Shown here piece after piece: positions 52,220 to 64,000 of a DNA stretch of 64,000 nucleotides; positions within the stretch are counted from its first letter, which is position 1; each line of letters starts with the position of its first letter. The notes under the pieces were generated by a model. The model worked only from the letters and a program-made list of their open reading frames with translations, did not search any database and was not told the origin of the DNA. Both the position numbers and the translations under genes were made by a program. This stretch comes from Macrostomum lignano (lineage: Eukaryota). The stretch lies in the NCBI GenBank assembly GCA_002269645.1, contig NIVC01000374.1, positions 62,001 to 126,000 on the forward strand, written 5' to 3'.

Positions 52220-53345
52220 CGATCCCTTCATCTCTCTACTCTGTCTTTTCCTTCTTCCCTTCCTGTCCTCTCCTCTCCCTTCATCTCTCTGTCCTCTTCT
52301 CTCCCTTCATCTCTCTGTCCTATCATCTCCCTTCATCTCTCTGTCCTCTTCTCACCATTCATCTCTCCACCCTCTCATCTCCCTTCATCTATCTGTTCTC
52401 TCATCTCCCTTCATCTCTCTGTTCTCTCATCTCCCTTCATCTCTCTGTCTCTCATCTCCCTTCATCTCTCTGTCCTCTTCTCACCATTCATCTCTCCACC
52501 CTCTCATCTCCCTTCATCTCTCTGTTCTCTCATCTCCCTTCATCTCTCTGTTCTCTCATCTCCCTTCATCTCTCTGTCTCTCATCTCCCTTCATCTCTCT
52601 GTCCTCTTCTCACCATTCATCTCTCCACCCTCTCATCTCCCTTCATCTCTCTGTTCTCTCATCTCCCTTCATCTCTCTGTTCTCTCATCTCCCTTCATCT
52701 CTCTGTTCTCTCATCTCCCTTCATCTCTCTGTCTCTCATCTCCCTTCATCTCTCTGTCCTCTTCTCACCATTCATCTCTCCACCCTCTCATCTCCCTTCA
52801 TCTCTCTGTTCTCTCATCTCCCTTCATCTCTCTGTCCTCTTTTCTCCCTTCACTTGACTTACTTGACTTAGCTGCAGGGGGCTCCGTGCGTCCGGAAACA
52901 GCGAGGAGGCGTTGCCGCCCATTTCGCTAACCCCTGGCGACCACGGGCAGCTGGTGCTGCGGTGTCGCGCAGGGAGTTCCGGTGGCGCCGGCGTCCGCAG
53001 CGCGGTCCCCCTCCGGAGAGTCCAGGAGGTGGATTGTCGCTCGCCCGGTAGCCCTTAGGTAGCGGACGAGCTGGCAGAGATTCTCGGGCCTGAAAACGTC
53101 GGAGAGGTCCGGGTTTGGGCCGAGGTAGGTGAGCCTGACCTGAGTCAAGGCGGGGCATTCACAGATGAAGTGCTCCGCATTCTCGACACCGGAGAGGCAG
53201 AAAGGGCTTTCCTCACTGCGAATTTTTCCCTGGAGGTAACGATGCCTGTCTTCTCCCTTCATCTCTCTGTCCTCTCCCTTCATCTCTTTATCCTCTCTTC
53301 ACTTTCATCATAGGTTTACTCTTCCAGCCTTTCATCTCTCCCTGA
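52220..53345. repeat. CT-rich minisatellite interrupted by the LINE fragment
   Basis: TCTCATCTCCCTTCATCTCTCTGT units on both sides of 52853-53250. Confidence 0.9.
52853..53250 (-). mobile_element. 5'-truncated non-LTR retrotransposon (LINE) 3' end
   Basis: Minus-strand peptide ..[38 protein letters not shown] (C-terminal Cys/His knuckle region), a TAAGTCAAG-repeat tail, and TTCTCCCTTCA on both flanks (possible TSD). Confidence 0.7.
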
Positions 53346-53649
53346 TCTGTCCAAAAGATTCCACGCAACAACAGAAGACCAGATCAAAGTTAACCAGATT
53401 GATTATTTGGTCTAAAGGTAAGCGGGAAGTGATTCTACAGATGTGGAAATGCATTTTACCATGGTTAAAGTGTCGGGCACAAATACAATGTAACCAACCA
53501 TATTTTACAATCCCTTCATTCCTCCCTCATCAATTAATAAATTTTGCCCGAAATCATGCCTTCGTTTCCAATTCAATGGCCCCAGCTTGCCACTCGGTAA
53601 CTAACTGGATGAAGTAAAACTTCATCCATGGGAATGATAGGGAAATTGT

Positions 53650-54265
53650 GGCTGTGGCGCTTAAATCTTTGTTTGTGGCGCTTAAATCTTGATTGTGGCG
53701 CTTAAATCTTTGATTGTGGTGCTTAAATCTTTGAATTTGGGGCGCTTAAATTTTGATTGTGGCGCTTAAATTTTGATTGTGGCGCTTAAATCTTTGAATT
53801 TGGGGCGCTTAAATTTTGATTGTGGCGCTTAAATCTTTGATTGTGGTGCTTAAATCTTTGATTATGGCGCTTAAATCTTTGATTGTGGCGCTTAAATCTT
53901 TGATTGTGGTGCTTAAATCTTTGAATTTGGGGCGCTTAAATTTTGATTGTGGCGCTTAAATCTTTGATTGTGGTGCTTAAATCTTTGATTATGGCGCTTA
54001 AATCTTTGATTGTGGCGCTTAAATCTTTGATTGTGGTGCTTAAATCTTTGATTATGGCGCTTAAATCTTTGATTGTGGCGCTTAAATCTTTGAATTTGGG
54101 GCGCTTAAATTTTGATTGTGGCGCTTAAATCTTTGATTATGGCGCTTAAATCTTTGATTTTGGCGCTTAAATCTTTGATTGTGGCGCTTAAATCTTTGAT
54201 TATGGCGCTTAAATCTTTGATTGTGGCGCTAAATGGGCGCTTAAATCTTTTACTGTGGCGCTTAA
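53650..54265. repeat. 21-bp minisatellite
   Basis: Unit GTGGCGCTTAAATCTTTGATT. Confidence 0.93.
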
Positions 54266-54304
54266 GAGGCCAGATAAAAAATTCAACTTATGGCTGCAAG
54301 CAAA

Positions 54305-54620
54305 TTGAGAGGAAATGAGAGATGAGGGAAGAGATGCAGAGAAGGGAGAGGGGAGAGAAGAGAGAAAAGTGAGAGGAGAGGGGAGGGAGAAAAGATGAGA
54401 TGAGATGAGTGAGAGAAGATGTAAGATAGAAGATTGAGAAGATTGAGAAGAGGAGAGAGAGATGAAAGATAAAATTAGAAATCAGATGAGATGTCAAATG
54501 AGATGGGAAGAGAGATGGGATGAGAGTTTGAATAAGAGAGAAGATAAGAATATAGAAAGGCTGAGAATAGATGATAGCGATGAGAGGAGATGAAAGAGGA
54601 GATGAGATGAAACAAGAGAT
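54305..54620. repeat. GA-rich low-complexity tract
   Basis: Almost pure purine with GAGAT motifs. Confidence 0.8.
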
Positions 54621-55069
54621 CTTAGAAGAGACAGAACCCAGCGCGGGCCTTACTGCCAAGTTTACCTTACCTGCAAGGTAAAATTTCACAATTCAAATGT
54701 GCAAGCAGTGACTCATCTGAGTTCGTCTCAGTAACAAACATTCGATACCACCCATACGTATTTTATATTTAATATTTATTAATCTCTGAGGAACTTTAAA
54801 TGCATGGGGTGACCCCCTGCACACCTGCGTTTGGCACTTTGATAATTAGGTGATGGTTGGTTCTGCAATTGTCGTTGCTATATTTTATTTCGTCACCCAA
54901 TTTCTATATTATTTAATACGCTTGAATAAAGTTGAAATTCTGAATTCGAAAATTGTTGTTTTGGGATCGTTATCGCCAAGACCACTTGGTTTGGAACGTA
55001 AGTTGTAATCAGGGCTGGTAAACCTAAGCGAACTTTACCAGGTAGAAATCTAGATCCTGACGGCCCATG

Positions 55070-56175
55070 TATTAGGCGCCAAAATCAGTGTCTAGGCGCC
55101 AAAATCAGTGTCTAGGCACCAAAATCAGTGTCTAGGCGCCAAAATCAGTGTCTAGGCGCCAAAATCAGTGTCTAGGCGCCAAAATCAGTGTCTAGGCGCC
55201 AAAATCAGTGTCTAGGCGCCAAAATCAGTGTCTAGGCGCCAAAATCAGTGTCTAGGCGCCAAAATCAGTGTCTAGGCGCCAAAATGGATATCTGGGAGCC
55301 AAAATGGTTGTGTAGACGCCAAAATAGTTGTACGAGCTATAGGCGCCAAAATGGTTGTCTAGGCACCAAAATGGTTTTCTAGAAACCAAAATGATTGTCT
55401 AGGCGCCAAAATGATTTTCTAGACGCCAAAATGATTGTCTAGTCGCCAAAATGATTGTCTAGTCGCCCAAATGGTTGTCTAGGCGCCAAAACGATTTTCT
55501 AGGCGCCAAAATGGTTATTTGTGAGCCAAAATGGTTTTCTAGAAACTAAAATGATTGTCTAGGCGCCAAAATGATTGTCTAGGCGCCAAAATGATTGTCT
55601 AGGCGCCAAAATGATTGTCTAGGCGCCAAAACGATTTTCTAGGCGCCAAAATGGTTATTTGTGAGCCAAAATGGTTTTCTAGAAACTGAAATGATTGTCT
55701 AGGCGCCAAAATGATTGTCTAGGCGCCAAAATGATTGTCTAGGCGCCAAAACGATTTTCTAGGCGCCAAAATGGTTATTTGTGAGCCAAAATGGTTTTCT
55801 AGAAACTAAAATGATTGTCTAGGCGCCAAAATGATTTTCTAGACGCCAAAATGATTGTCTAGTCGCCAAAATGATTGTCTAGTCGCCAAAATGGTTGTCT
55901 AGGCGCCAAAACGATTTTCTAGGCGCCAAAATGGTTATTTGTGAGCCAAAATGGTTTTCTAGAAACTAAAATGATTTTCTAGGCGCCAAAATTATTGTCT
56001 AGGCGCCAAAATGGTTGTCTAGGCGCCAAAATGGTTGTCTAGGCGCCAAAACGATTTTCTAGGCGCCAAAATGGTTATTTGTAAGCCAAAATGGTTGTCT
56101 AGGCGCCAAAATAGTTGGCTAGGCGCCAAAATGAGTCTCTAGGCGCCAAAATGAGTCTCTAGGCGCCAAAATGAG
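55070..56175. repeat. 20-bp minisatellite with GGCGCCAAAA core
   Basis: Units CTAGGCGCCAAAATCAGTGT and CTAGGCGCCAAAATGATTGT, with higher-order blocks. Confidence 0.95.
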
Positions 56176-56844
56176 TGTATGACATAAGCTATTCCACACG
56201 GGCTTTGTCACTCTTTGAATAATAAATTGCCAATATCGCCAATAGCAAGGTGAGGCCACCTATGCACATTTCGCAATCAACACATCAAAATTTCACCTCC
56301 TAAAATTTGTTGACCTTCCCCAGCTTACGGAGCCTCAAAGTTAACCCCCCCCCCTCAATGGCATTAAATAAGGGACCATTTTCAAGTCTCTATATTGATA
56401 ATATAATACGTATAATATAGTCTATGGATTCGCACATTTCCCCAGCACAATGGGATACCGCGCACCCACATTGTCAATGGACAATCGTTATTAAACACTG
56501 CATAATACTGTAATGTCTAATAGGCATTAGTGAGTGTATAAGTGTAAAGCTTTATTTTTGGGAGAATTTTCCCGAAAGCCCTCCCTCTGTCTGCCTGTGC
56601 GCTTTGTTCGGAGTTTGGGGTCTGTGACTCATATTTTCGACTCGAGAGGGGCCTCGAGGGGCGGACCGTCCCGACCATTCATTTATTTACACAGGCAAAG
56701 CGTTGACAGAAGGGAGAGGGGTGCCCCTTGCCAAGGACTTCTGAAACTCGCAACGATGGACTGGACTGGGAGCTTGGAGGCTTACTAAAACAGTTTTAAA
56801 CGTCATTTTACCGTTCTGTTACCGTTTTACAGCTTAGCAGCGGC

Positions 56845-57410
56845 AGCGATGGCGCCCCCCAGACCTTGCTACTGGCGCCCCCCAGGCCTTGCTACTGGCG
56901 CCCCCCAGGCCTTGCTACTGGCGCCCCCCAGGCCTTGCTACTGGCGCCCCCCAGGCCTTGCTACTGGCGCCCCCAGGCCTTGCTACTGGCGCCCCCCCAC
57001 GATCCCATGATGGCGCTGATTCCACGCCCCCTACATGGCTGGCCCCCCTACGATTGCGCCCCCCACGATTTCGCCCCTACGATGGCGCCCCCTATGATAG
57101 CGCCCCCTACGATGGCGCCCCCTATGATAGTGCCCCCTACGATGGCGCCCCCTACGATGGCGCCCCCTATGATAGCGCCCCTATGATAGCGCCCCTATGA
57201 TAGCGCCCCTATGATAGCGCCCCTATGATAGCGCCCCCTACGATGGCGCCCCCTATGATAGCGCCCCCACGATGGCGCCCCCTACGAATACGATGGCGCC
57301 CCCCACAATGGCGCCCCCCCACGATGGCGCCCCTCACGATGGCGCCCCCTACGATGGCGCCCCCTACGATGGCGCCCCTACGATGGCACCCCCACGATGG
57401 CGCCCCCACA
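56845..57410. repeat. Compound GGCGCCCCC arrays
   Basis: GGCCTTGCTACTGGCGCCCCCCA units, then ATGATAGCGCCCCT and ACGATGGCGCCCCCT units. Confidence 0.9.
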
Positions 57411-57964
57411 AAGTGTCCTTCATTGGTTCTGGCATCAAAGCTGCAGATATAGGAGTTCTGTCAATAAAATAAATAGTCATTTTATACCAGCTTCCAGTCC
57501 ACAAGTGCCATATTCTATGGAAGTCCCTGGTCTTAACGAAAATATCGCCTGACGTCATCGCCAAGGGGTTTTCGGGAGTTGTGCTACGTGCTTCACTTCC
57601 TCGGGCCCCGGCCCTCTTCAGCCCCAGTGAAGAAGAACTGAATCCAACCCAACTATCGCAATCTCCGTTGCCCCCTGCTTTTACGATCAGAGCCAGAGAG
57701 GAGAAATAATTTAGATTTAGATTGATGTGGGCCTTGGGGCTGTTGGGATTCTAGATGTATATATTATAAGCCCTTTCGGCTTGAAAAGAGGTAACGAAAC
57801 GAGACAGATGGAAAGCGGGGTATAGCGAGCGATGGCTCTGAATCGGAGCGGGCCATGCGGGACGGCGCTTCAGAGGAACTGGGGGCGATTCTGAAATTCG
57901 AAACCTGTCCTTTGATTAACTGACGAAATCACTGTGCCAACTGCTCTAACTCTTCCCAACTGTA

Positions 57965-58315
57965 TCTCCATCTCTCTCCCATCTCTCTCCCATCTCTCTA
58001 CCATCTCTCTACCATCTGTCTACCATCTCTCTCCCATCTTTCTCTCCCCATCTCTCTCCCATCTCTCTCCCATCTCTCTACCATCTCTCTACCATCTCTC
58101 TCCCATCTCTCTACCATCTCTCTACCATCTCTCTCCCATCTCTCTACCATCTCTCTACCATCTCTCTCCCATCTCTCTACCATCTCTCTACCATCTCTCT
58201 ATCATCTCTCTATCATCTCTCTACCATCTCTCTCCCATCTCTCTACCATCTCTCTCCCATCTCTCTCCCATGTCTCTCCCATCCCTCCCCTCCATTTCTC
58301 TCCCATCTCTCTCCC
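57965..58315. repeat. CT-rich (CCATCTCTCTA)n-type array
   Basis: Direct inspection. Confidence 0.88.
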
Positions 58316-59092
58316 AATGTCCAAATATTTTTTTATTTTCCTATTTTCCCAATCGAATGCCTTTTAATTTGTCAACTTATCTGTCCGTGTACTAGCTAGC
58401 TAGGAATTTTTTTTTCTACCAAAATAAATACAAAAAAATGAATTTTGTTGAGTTCGATTGCTTTCTGACTCAACTCGATGACTGGACTAGTTAGATTATT
58501 TAGCAAAATAGACTCTAAGAACTGAACAAAGTAAATGCGAAAATTATTCTCGATAATAATTTGCGATTGATCCTCTGCCCAAGGCCCCATGCAACCTAAC
58601 CCCACGCAGCCAAGCGTCGAACTGCTCTGTCAGATTGCGTGGTAATGATATCGTAGATTCCTATAAGACTGCACGATTCGATGCTTGATATAAGCCTAAT
58701 ACGATCTATATAAAACGTAATTCGAATAAGCACGGTTGGCTTGGTCTGGGTCTATGTTGAGAGAGAGTCGATTGTGTTGACTCGAATCTTCAATGAAGGC
58801 TTCGAGCGAGGAGTAAAGAAAACACAGCGAGGGGTGCATTAGCATCGAAGCTTTGTCACCAGCTTTTTCGGTTTCGGGTTGAAAGTGGAGCGATCTGTCA
58901 ATGGGGGGGGGGACAGGCATGCATGGTGTTTAGTTTTTGGGCTAGGAAGAATGGAGAGATCGAGGTGTCAAAAAAACGCTTTGGGTTGCAGATGGTGTTC
59001 GCTTCGTTCTCAATTCGACGCTGTGGGGGGGGGGGCGATCCGGGGCCAAAAAAGTGACAAAATCCAGGCGCCTTCGGCTTCGTGTAGCTCTG

Positions 59093-60285
59093 TCACTCTG
59101 CTAAAATGAGTGCCTGCGGCGCTAAAATGAGTGTCTGCGGCGCTAAAATGAGTGCTTGCGGCGCTAAAATGAGTGCCTGCGGCGCCAAAATGAGTGCCTG
59201 CGGCGCTAAAATGAGTGTCTGCGGCGCTAAAATGAGTGCTTGCGGCGCTAAAATGAGTGTCTGCGGCGCTAAAATGAGTGCTTGCGGCGCTAAAATGAGT
59301 GCCTGCGGCGCTAAAATGAGTGTCTGCGGCGCCAAAATGAGTGCCTGCGGCGCTAAAATGAGTGCCTGCGGCGCTAAAATGAGTGCCTGCGGCGCCAAAA
59401 TGAGTGCCTGCGGCGCTAAAATGAGTGCTTGCGGCGCTAAAATGAGTGCTTGCGGCGCTAAAATGAGTGCCTGCGGCGCTAAAATGAGTGCTTGCGGCGC
59501 TAAAATGAGTGCCTGCGGCGCCAAAATGAGTGCCTGCGGCGCTAAAATGAGTGCTTGCGGCGCTAAAATGAGTGCTTGCGGTGCTAAAATGAGTGCCTGC
59601 GGCGCTAAAATGAGTGTCTGCGGCGCCAAAATGAGTGCCTGCGGCGCTAAAATGAGTGCCTGCGGCGCTAAAATGAGTGCCTGCGGCGCTTAAATGAGTG
59701 CTTGCGGCGCTTAAATGAGTGCCTGCGGCGCTAAAATGAGTGCCTGTGGCGCTAAAATGAGTGCCTGCGGCGCTAAAATGAGTGCTTGCGGCGCTAAAAT
59801 GAGTGCCTGCGGCGCCAAAATGAGTGCCTGCGGCGCTAAAATGAGTGCTTGCGGCGCTAAAATGAGTGCTTGCGGTGCTAAAATGAGTGCCTGCGGCGCT
59901 AAAATGAGTGTCTGCGGCGCCAAAATGAGTGCCTGCGGCGCTAAAATGAGTGCCTGCGGCGCTAAAATGAGTGCCTGCGGCGCTTGAATGAGTGCTTGCG
60001 GCGCTTAAATGAGTGCCTGCGGCGCTAAAATGAGTGCCTGTGGCGCTAAAATGAGTGTCTGCGGCGCTAAAATGAGTGCCTGTGGCGCTAAAATGAGTGC
60101 CTGCGGAGCTAAAATGAGTGCCTGCGGCGCTAAAATGGGTGTCTGCGGCGCTAAAATGAGTGCTTGCGGCGCTAAAATGAGTGTCTGCGGCGCTAAAATG
60201 AGTGCCTGCGGCGCTAAAATGAGTGTCTGCGGCGCTAAAATGAGTGCCTGCGGCGCTAAAATGAGTGCCTGCGGCGCCAAAATCC
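59093..60285. repeat. 21-bp minisatellite (about 56 copies) upstream of CDC25
   Basis: Unit GCGGCGCTAAAATGAGTGCCT. Confidence 0.97.
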
Positions 60286-61017
60286 ATGGCAACGCCCCTG
60301 TTATTATTAATAAGTGTGTACGCAGAGTAATTCGTAAACCGTCGGCAAATAGTCCGCTAATATGCATCATATAATCCAAATTAAAGATAAGCTGACTGAG
60401 TCGAGTCGTGCAGCAAACAACGCAGACACACAGCTGATTATATTACACTTGTGCCTTAAATTAGAACTTTAGGGAGTATTATTATAATCGTAGTCTATTT
60501 AGTCTGCATCGGGTAAAGGGCGCCTATGTACGCGGGGAGCGTGTTGTTTAGTCAAATTGTACATTGGCTGTTTCAACCAACCAAAGCTATCGGTTGTAAA
60601 AATCAGCTGTTTGGCCACGGGCGGGTGGCGGGTGAAGAGGGGGTTGGCAGGCCCCCTATTGGTTGGCCCCTCCTCAATTCAGTCTGGCAGTCCTCACTCC
60701 TTAGCTTTACTCTTTTTACCCCTTGGTCCAAGCCAAACTGCAAAACAACCTTCCCCCCGAAAAGTGTGTGGGGAGGCAAGCGATGCAACCCACCCTCCAT
60801 TTCGTTAAAAAAGGACCCGGACTGAAGGGTCCACAAGAAGCCTTAAATATCGGAAATCTTGCACTTACAATAAATTCACTCGCGTTTGCCTCGCGTCTCC
60901 CCCGGTGTGGCAGTTGTGTAGTGGTGGCCTTCGTTTGATTTTACAATTTAGAATTCACTTCCCCGATAGTTTTAGTTCTTATTTAGTTACTTCAGATTAA
61001 TAATAAACAAAGCAATA

Positions 61018-63204
61018 ATGGACGTTTCTTTTACAACTGACCGAGAAAGCTTCAGCCCTGCAGCTTCAGCAACAGTGGGCACCAATGCTCGGATGCCGTT
61101 CAGCGATTCAGCAGGGCTTTTCAACTTCAGCCTAGACGACTGCAGCCACGACGATTCTTTTATGCGATTCGTCAATTCCCCGAATTCTGCCGCCGTCAAC
61201 GCCGCTTTGACTCTGCCGGCGCCTTTGTCTTTTGACGACGATGACGATGATGAGGACGATGTATCATCGACCGCCTGCGGCATGGACTGGGGCATCGGCT
61301 CTGCCGTTGCCTTTCGCCCGTCGCCGTCGGAGCCCTCAAGACGCCTGCCAGCTGGTCAGCCGCTGGCCTCCGAGCTGCCCCGGCTCCCGTCGGCTCCGCC
61401 GCCTCAGCCTCCGTCATCGTCGTCGGCGTCGCGTAGTCGTCGCCTGTCCTGCAAGAAGCGGCCGTCGCCGATGTCTGTTGACACGCTGAACGACGTGACA
61501 ACAACTTCTGCCGACTTCGCCATCGACATTGACGACGTCGACGACAAGGACGAAGACAGCGAGAACCGGTGTCCGAACAGCGGCGCCAACAAGTGCGGCA
61601 CGCCGAAACGCCGACGCCTGGGCCGGCCGCTCGGCGACCTGACCAATTCAACTACGCCGACATTCAAGAAGCCGCCAACGAAGACTTTCTCCACTGTTGC
61701 CTCTACCGTCCCCGTCGCTGCGCCTGCGGCTGCGTTGCACCGGTGCGCCAGCGAGATCGCGTGCAGCAGCAGTGTCGACGGCACCCCCGGCAACAGTCGC
61801 CCCAGCCTGCATCGACAGGAGTCAGCGGCCACAGCCTTGGATTCAGCCCGCGTCGACCGGGCCATCGCGTCCATCGACTCGCTGAACCTGATTGGCAACT
61901 CCGAGCAGCGGCACGCCCTGCCAACCGTCAAGGAGTTGGATTATGGCATTCGTCACGTGACCAGCGACACCGTCAGCCGGCTGGTGAACGGAGAATTCTC
62001 CAGTACGGTGCCCAGCTACGCCATCATTGACTGCCGCTATCCCTACGAATTCTCAGGCGGCCACATTCAAGGCGCCGTCAACGTTTTTACTCAGGTTAGC
62101 TTTCATTGTCAAAGTTATCCTGTTTTTTCTACTTATAGTAGAGTAGTTAGAAGTAAGTTTAAATTTTTATTTCTAAATTTAATTGAAATTTGGCTTGTAA
62201 AGTAAATATCAATAATCTAAAGTTATCTACACTACATATCGACGTTTTGACTGCTCGCTTTCCAAACATTTTTTACCTAACAAATCCCAACTCAACCTTC
62301 CCAGGAGGACCTTCTCCGCCGATTCCTCGAGCCGGCCAGCCAGGCTGCTGCAGTCCCGGCGACCAAGGCCTCTGTGTTAATCTTTCACTGCGAGTTCAGC
62401 AGCGAACGGGCGCCAAAATTAGCGCGCTTTCTGCGTCAACGGGACCGCGAGGCCAACGTGTGCAATTATCCGGATTTGTTCTATCCAGAGGTCTACGTGC
62501 TGCAAGGCGGTTACAAGGCCTTCTACGATGCGTTCAAGGTGAGCGGCTTGGGTGCTGTCAGGGGAGGGCTTCGACATGACAGGGCATCATTCTCTGGGCT
62601 CGAGCATGTATTCTGCTCTCTACCCTTCTGTGCTTCCTTCTACTGTCTACCCCTCCTGTCTACCCCTCCTGTCTACCCCTCCTGTCTACCCTTCTACTGC
62701 CTACCCCTCCTGCTCCTGTATACCCTTCCTACGGTCTACCCCTCCTGCTCCTGTCTATCCCTCCTGCTCCTGTCTACCCCTCCTGCTCCTGTCTACCCTT
62801 CCTACTGTCCAGTGTCTACCCCTCCTGTTTACCCTTCTACTGCCTACCCCTCATGCTCCTGTCTACCCTTCCTACTGTCTACCCCTCCTGTTTACTCTTC
62901 TACTGTCTACCCTTCGACTTTCCATGCTTCACTCTACTGTCTACCACTCTCTTCACCCTACCTCTTATTCTACTGCTACTAACACTAGTGGTCTTATCAA
63001 GGGGGAGCGTGTTAATACGCTGAACTACTCAACAACAACCAAAACTTGCAGTCGAACTGCCAGCCGGCAAAGTACGTGAAGATGGTTGACCCGGAGCACA
63101 AAGCCGAGCTGACCCATTTCCAGCGCCTGACCCGTTCCTGGGAGCGGCAGCACAGTCGCAGTAAGCACAGCCGACTCGTGGCCGCCAGCAAAGTTCTGTT
63201 CTAA
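61018..63204 (+). CDS. CDC25: M-phase inducer phosphatase Cdc25/string, about 487 aa. Exons 61018-62094, 62305-62538, 63052-63204
   Basis: Rhodanese domain [20 protein letters not shown], intact catalytic motif [30 protein letters not shown]. Phase-0 GT-AG introns. Confidence 0.95.
62600..62975 (+). repeat. Degenerate CT-rich array in CDC25 intron 2
   Basis: Recurrent CTGTCTACCC(C/T)TC units. Confidence 0.8.
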
Positions 63205-64000
63205 TTTAAATTGATTTTTTAACCGTTGACATTAATTTATAATAATTGATACCAGGACAGCTTGTACTGACCGGTTTTTGCTGCCTAAAAAATGTACGAT
63301 TTTAAGCGACAATTGATATTATAATTTATACCTTATTGTGAATTAAATTATTAAGAGTGAAAAAAAATTTAAGGAGTAAAAACCGGTCTGGAGCAAAAGC
63401 AACCGGTCTGGAGATCCCACTTTGTGCAACGCGGCTTGGCCTTTTTGTCTGCCGTGGTGTGTGTGCGTGTGTTTTGTAACAAAACTTGTGTAACGATTTA
63501 AAAGAAAAAAGTGATGTATAATTGCAAAATTAGCGCCATGTATAAAACACTAATTGACTAATTAATTAGCATCTTTTAGAACTATCGTAATTATTTATAG
63601 TACAGGTTGCAATGACATTTGTTCTCTAACACTTTGTGTGCCTCTGCCATAACACAAAAGGTGTTAGTTGGATTCATGAAGCATTCAAGTCCATTATTTC
63701 TAACGAACGGCTTTCGGAAAAATGTCTATTAAATTATAAGGGCCCAGTTATCTGTAAATCAATATTTGTTATATTTTTTGTAATATTTTGAATGTTGTCA
63801 TTAATATTTTTTGCAAAATTTGTTTATTCTCTTGCGCTATCCGCCGGTAAATTGGAAAAAATGTGCATATTATTTATATCTACAATACTAGCTACTAACA
63901 GCAGTGTATTGCGAAAAAAATCTATTTTATCAAAATATGTATAAAATGTATGGAACTTCTTTTCTAAGCATCTGTTTTAGCCATACTCTAGCCTTATTTA

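Noticed and set aside
57600-57830. Possible hammerhead ribozyme / Penelope-like terminal repeat (GAAGAAG ... CGAAACG)
   Set aside because: No CTGANGA core or supporting stems could be found.

Overview
Eukaryotic (metazoan) genomic DNA with GT-AG introns. The polyQ/polyA-rich proteins and extreme minisatellite density suggest a free-living flatworm such as Macrostomum (inference only). Eight genes can be assembled by hand: a 5'-truncated coiled-coil/polyQ gene (+), a PP6 regulatory SAPS-domain gene (-), an MS4A/CD20-like tetraspan gene (-), SIL1 (+), LIX1-like (+), SRP19 (+), a DAZAP1-like two-RRM gene (+) and CDC25 (+). A transposon cluster at 22-34.5 kb holds a decayed mariner, a hAT-type MITE with a nested element, a MULE/foldback element and a near-intact DD37D maT element. 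A tRNA-derived CORE-like SINE and a LINE 3' fragment lie elsewhere. There are about 30 tandem arrays. The main pattern is that 12 of 13 assembled introns carry their own tandem array, and several array units are built from splicing signals (branch-point CTAAC/CTGAC, tandem CAG|GTGAGT, GT...AG mini-intron-like units) or promoter motifs (CCAAT, E2F-like). One perfect 15-bp intronic array could be spliced in frame as a (GAPGA)n insert. No tools were run; all coordinates were read by eye, and array edges are approximate.
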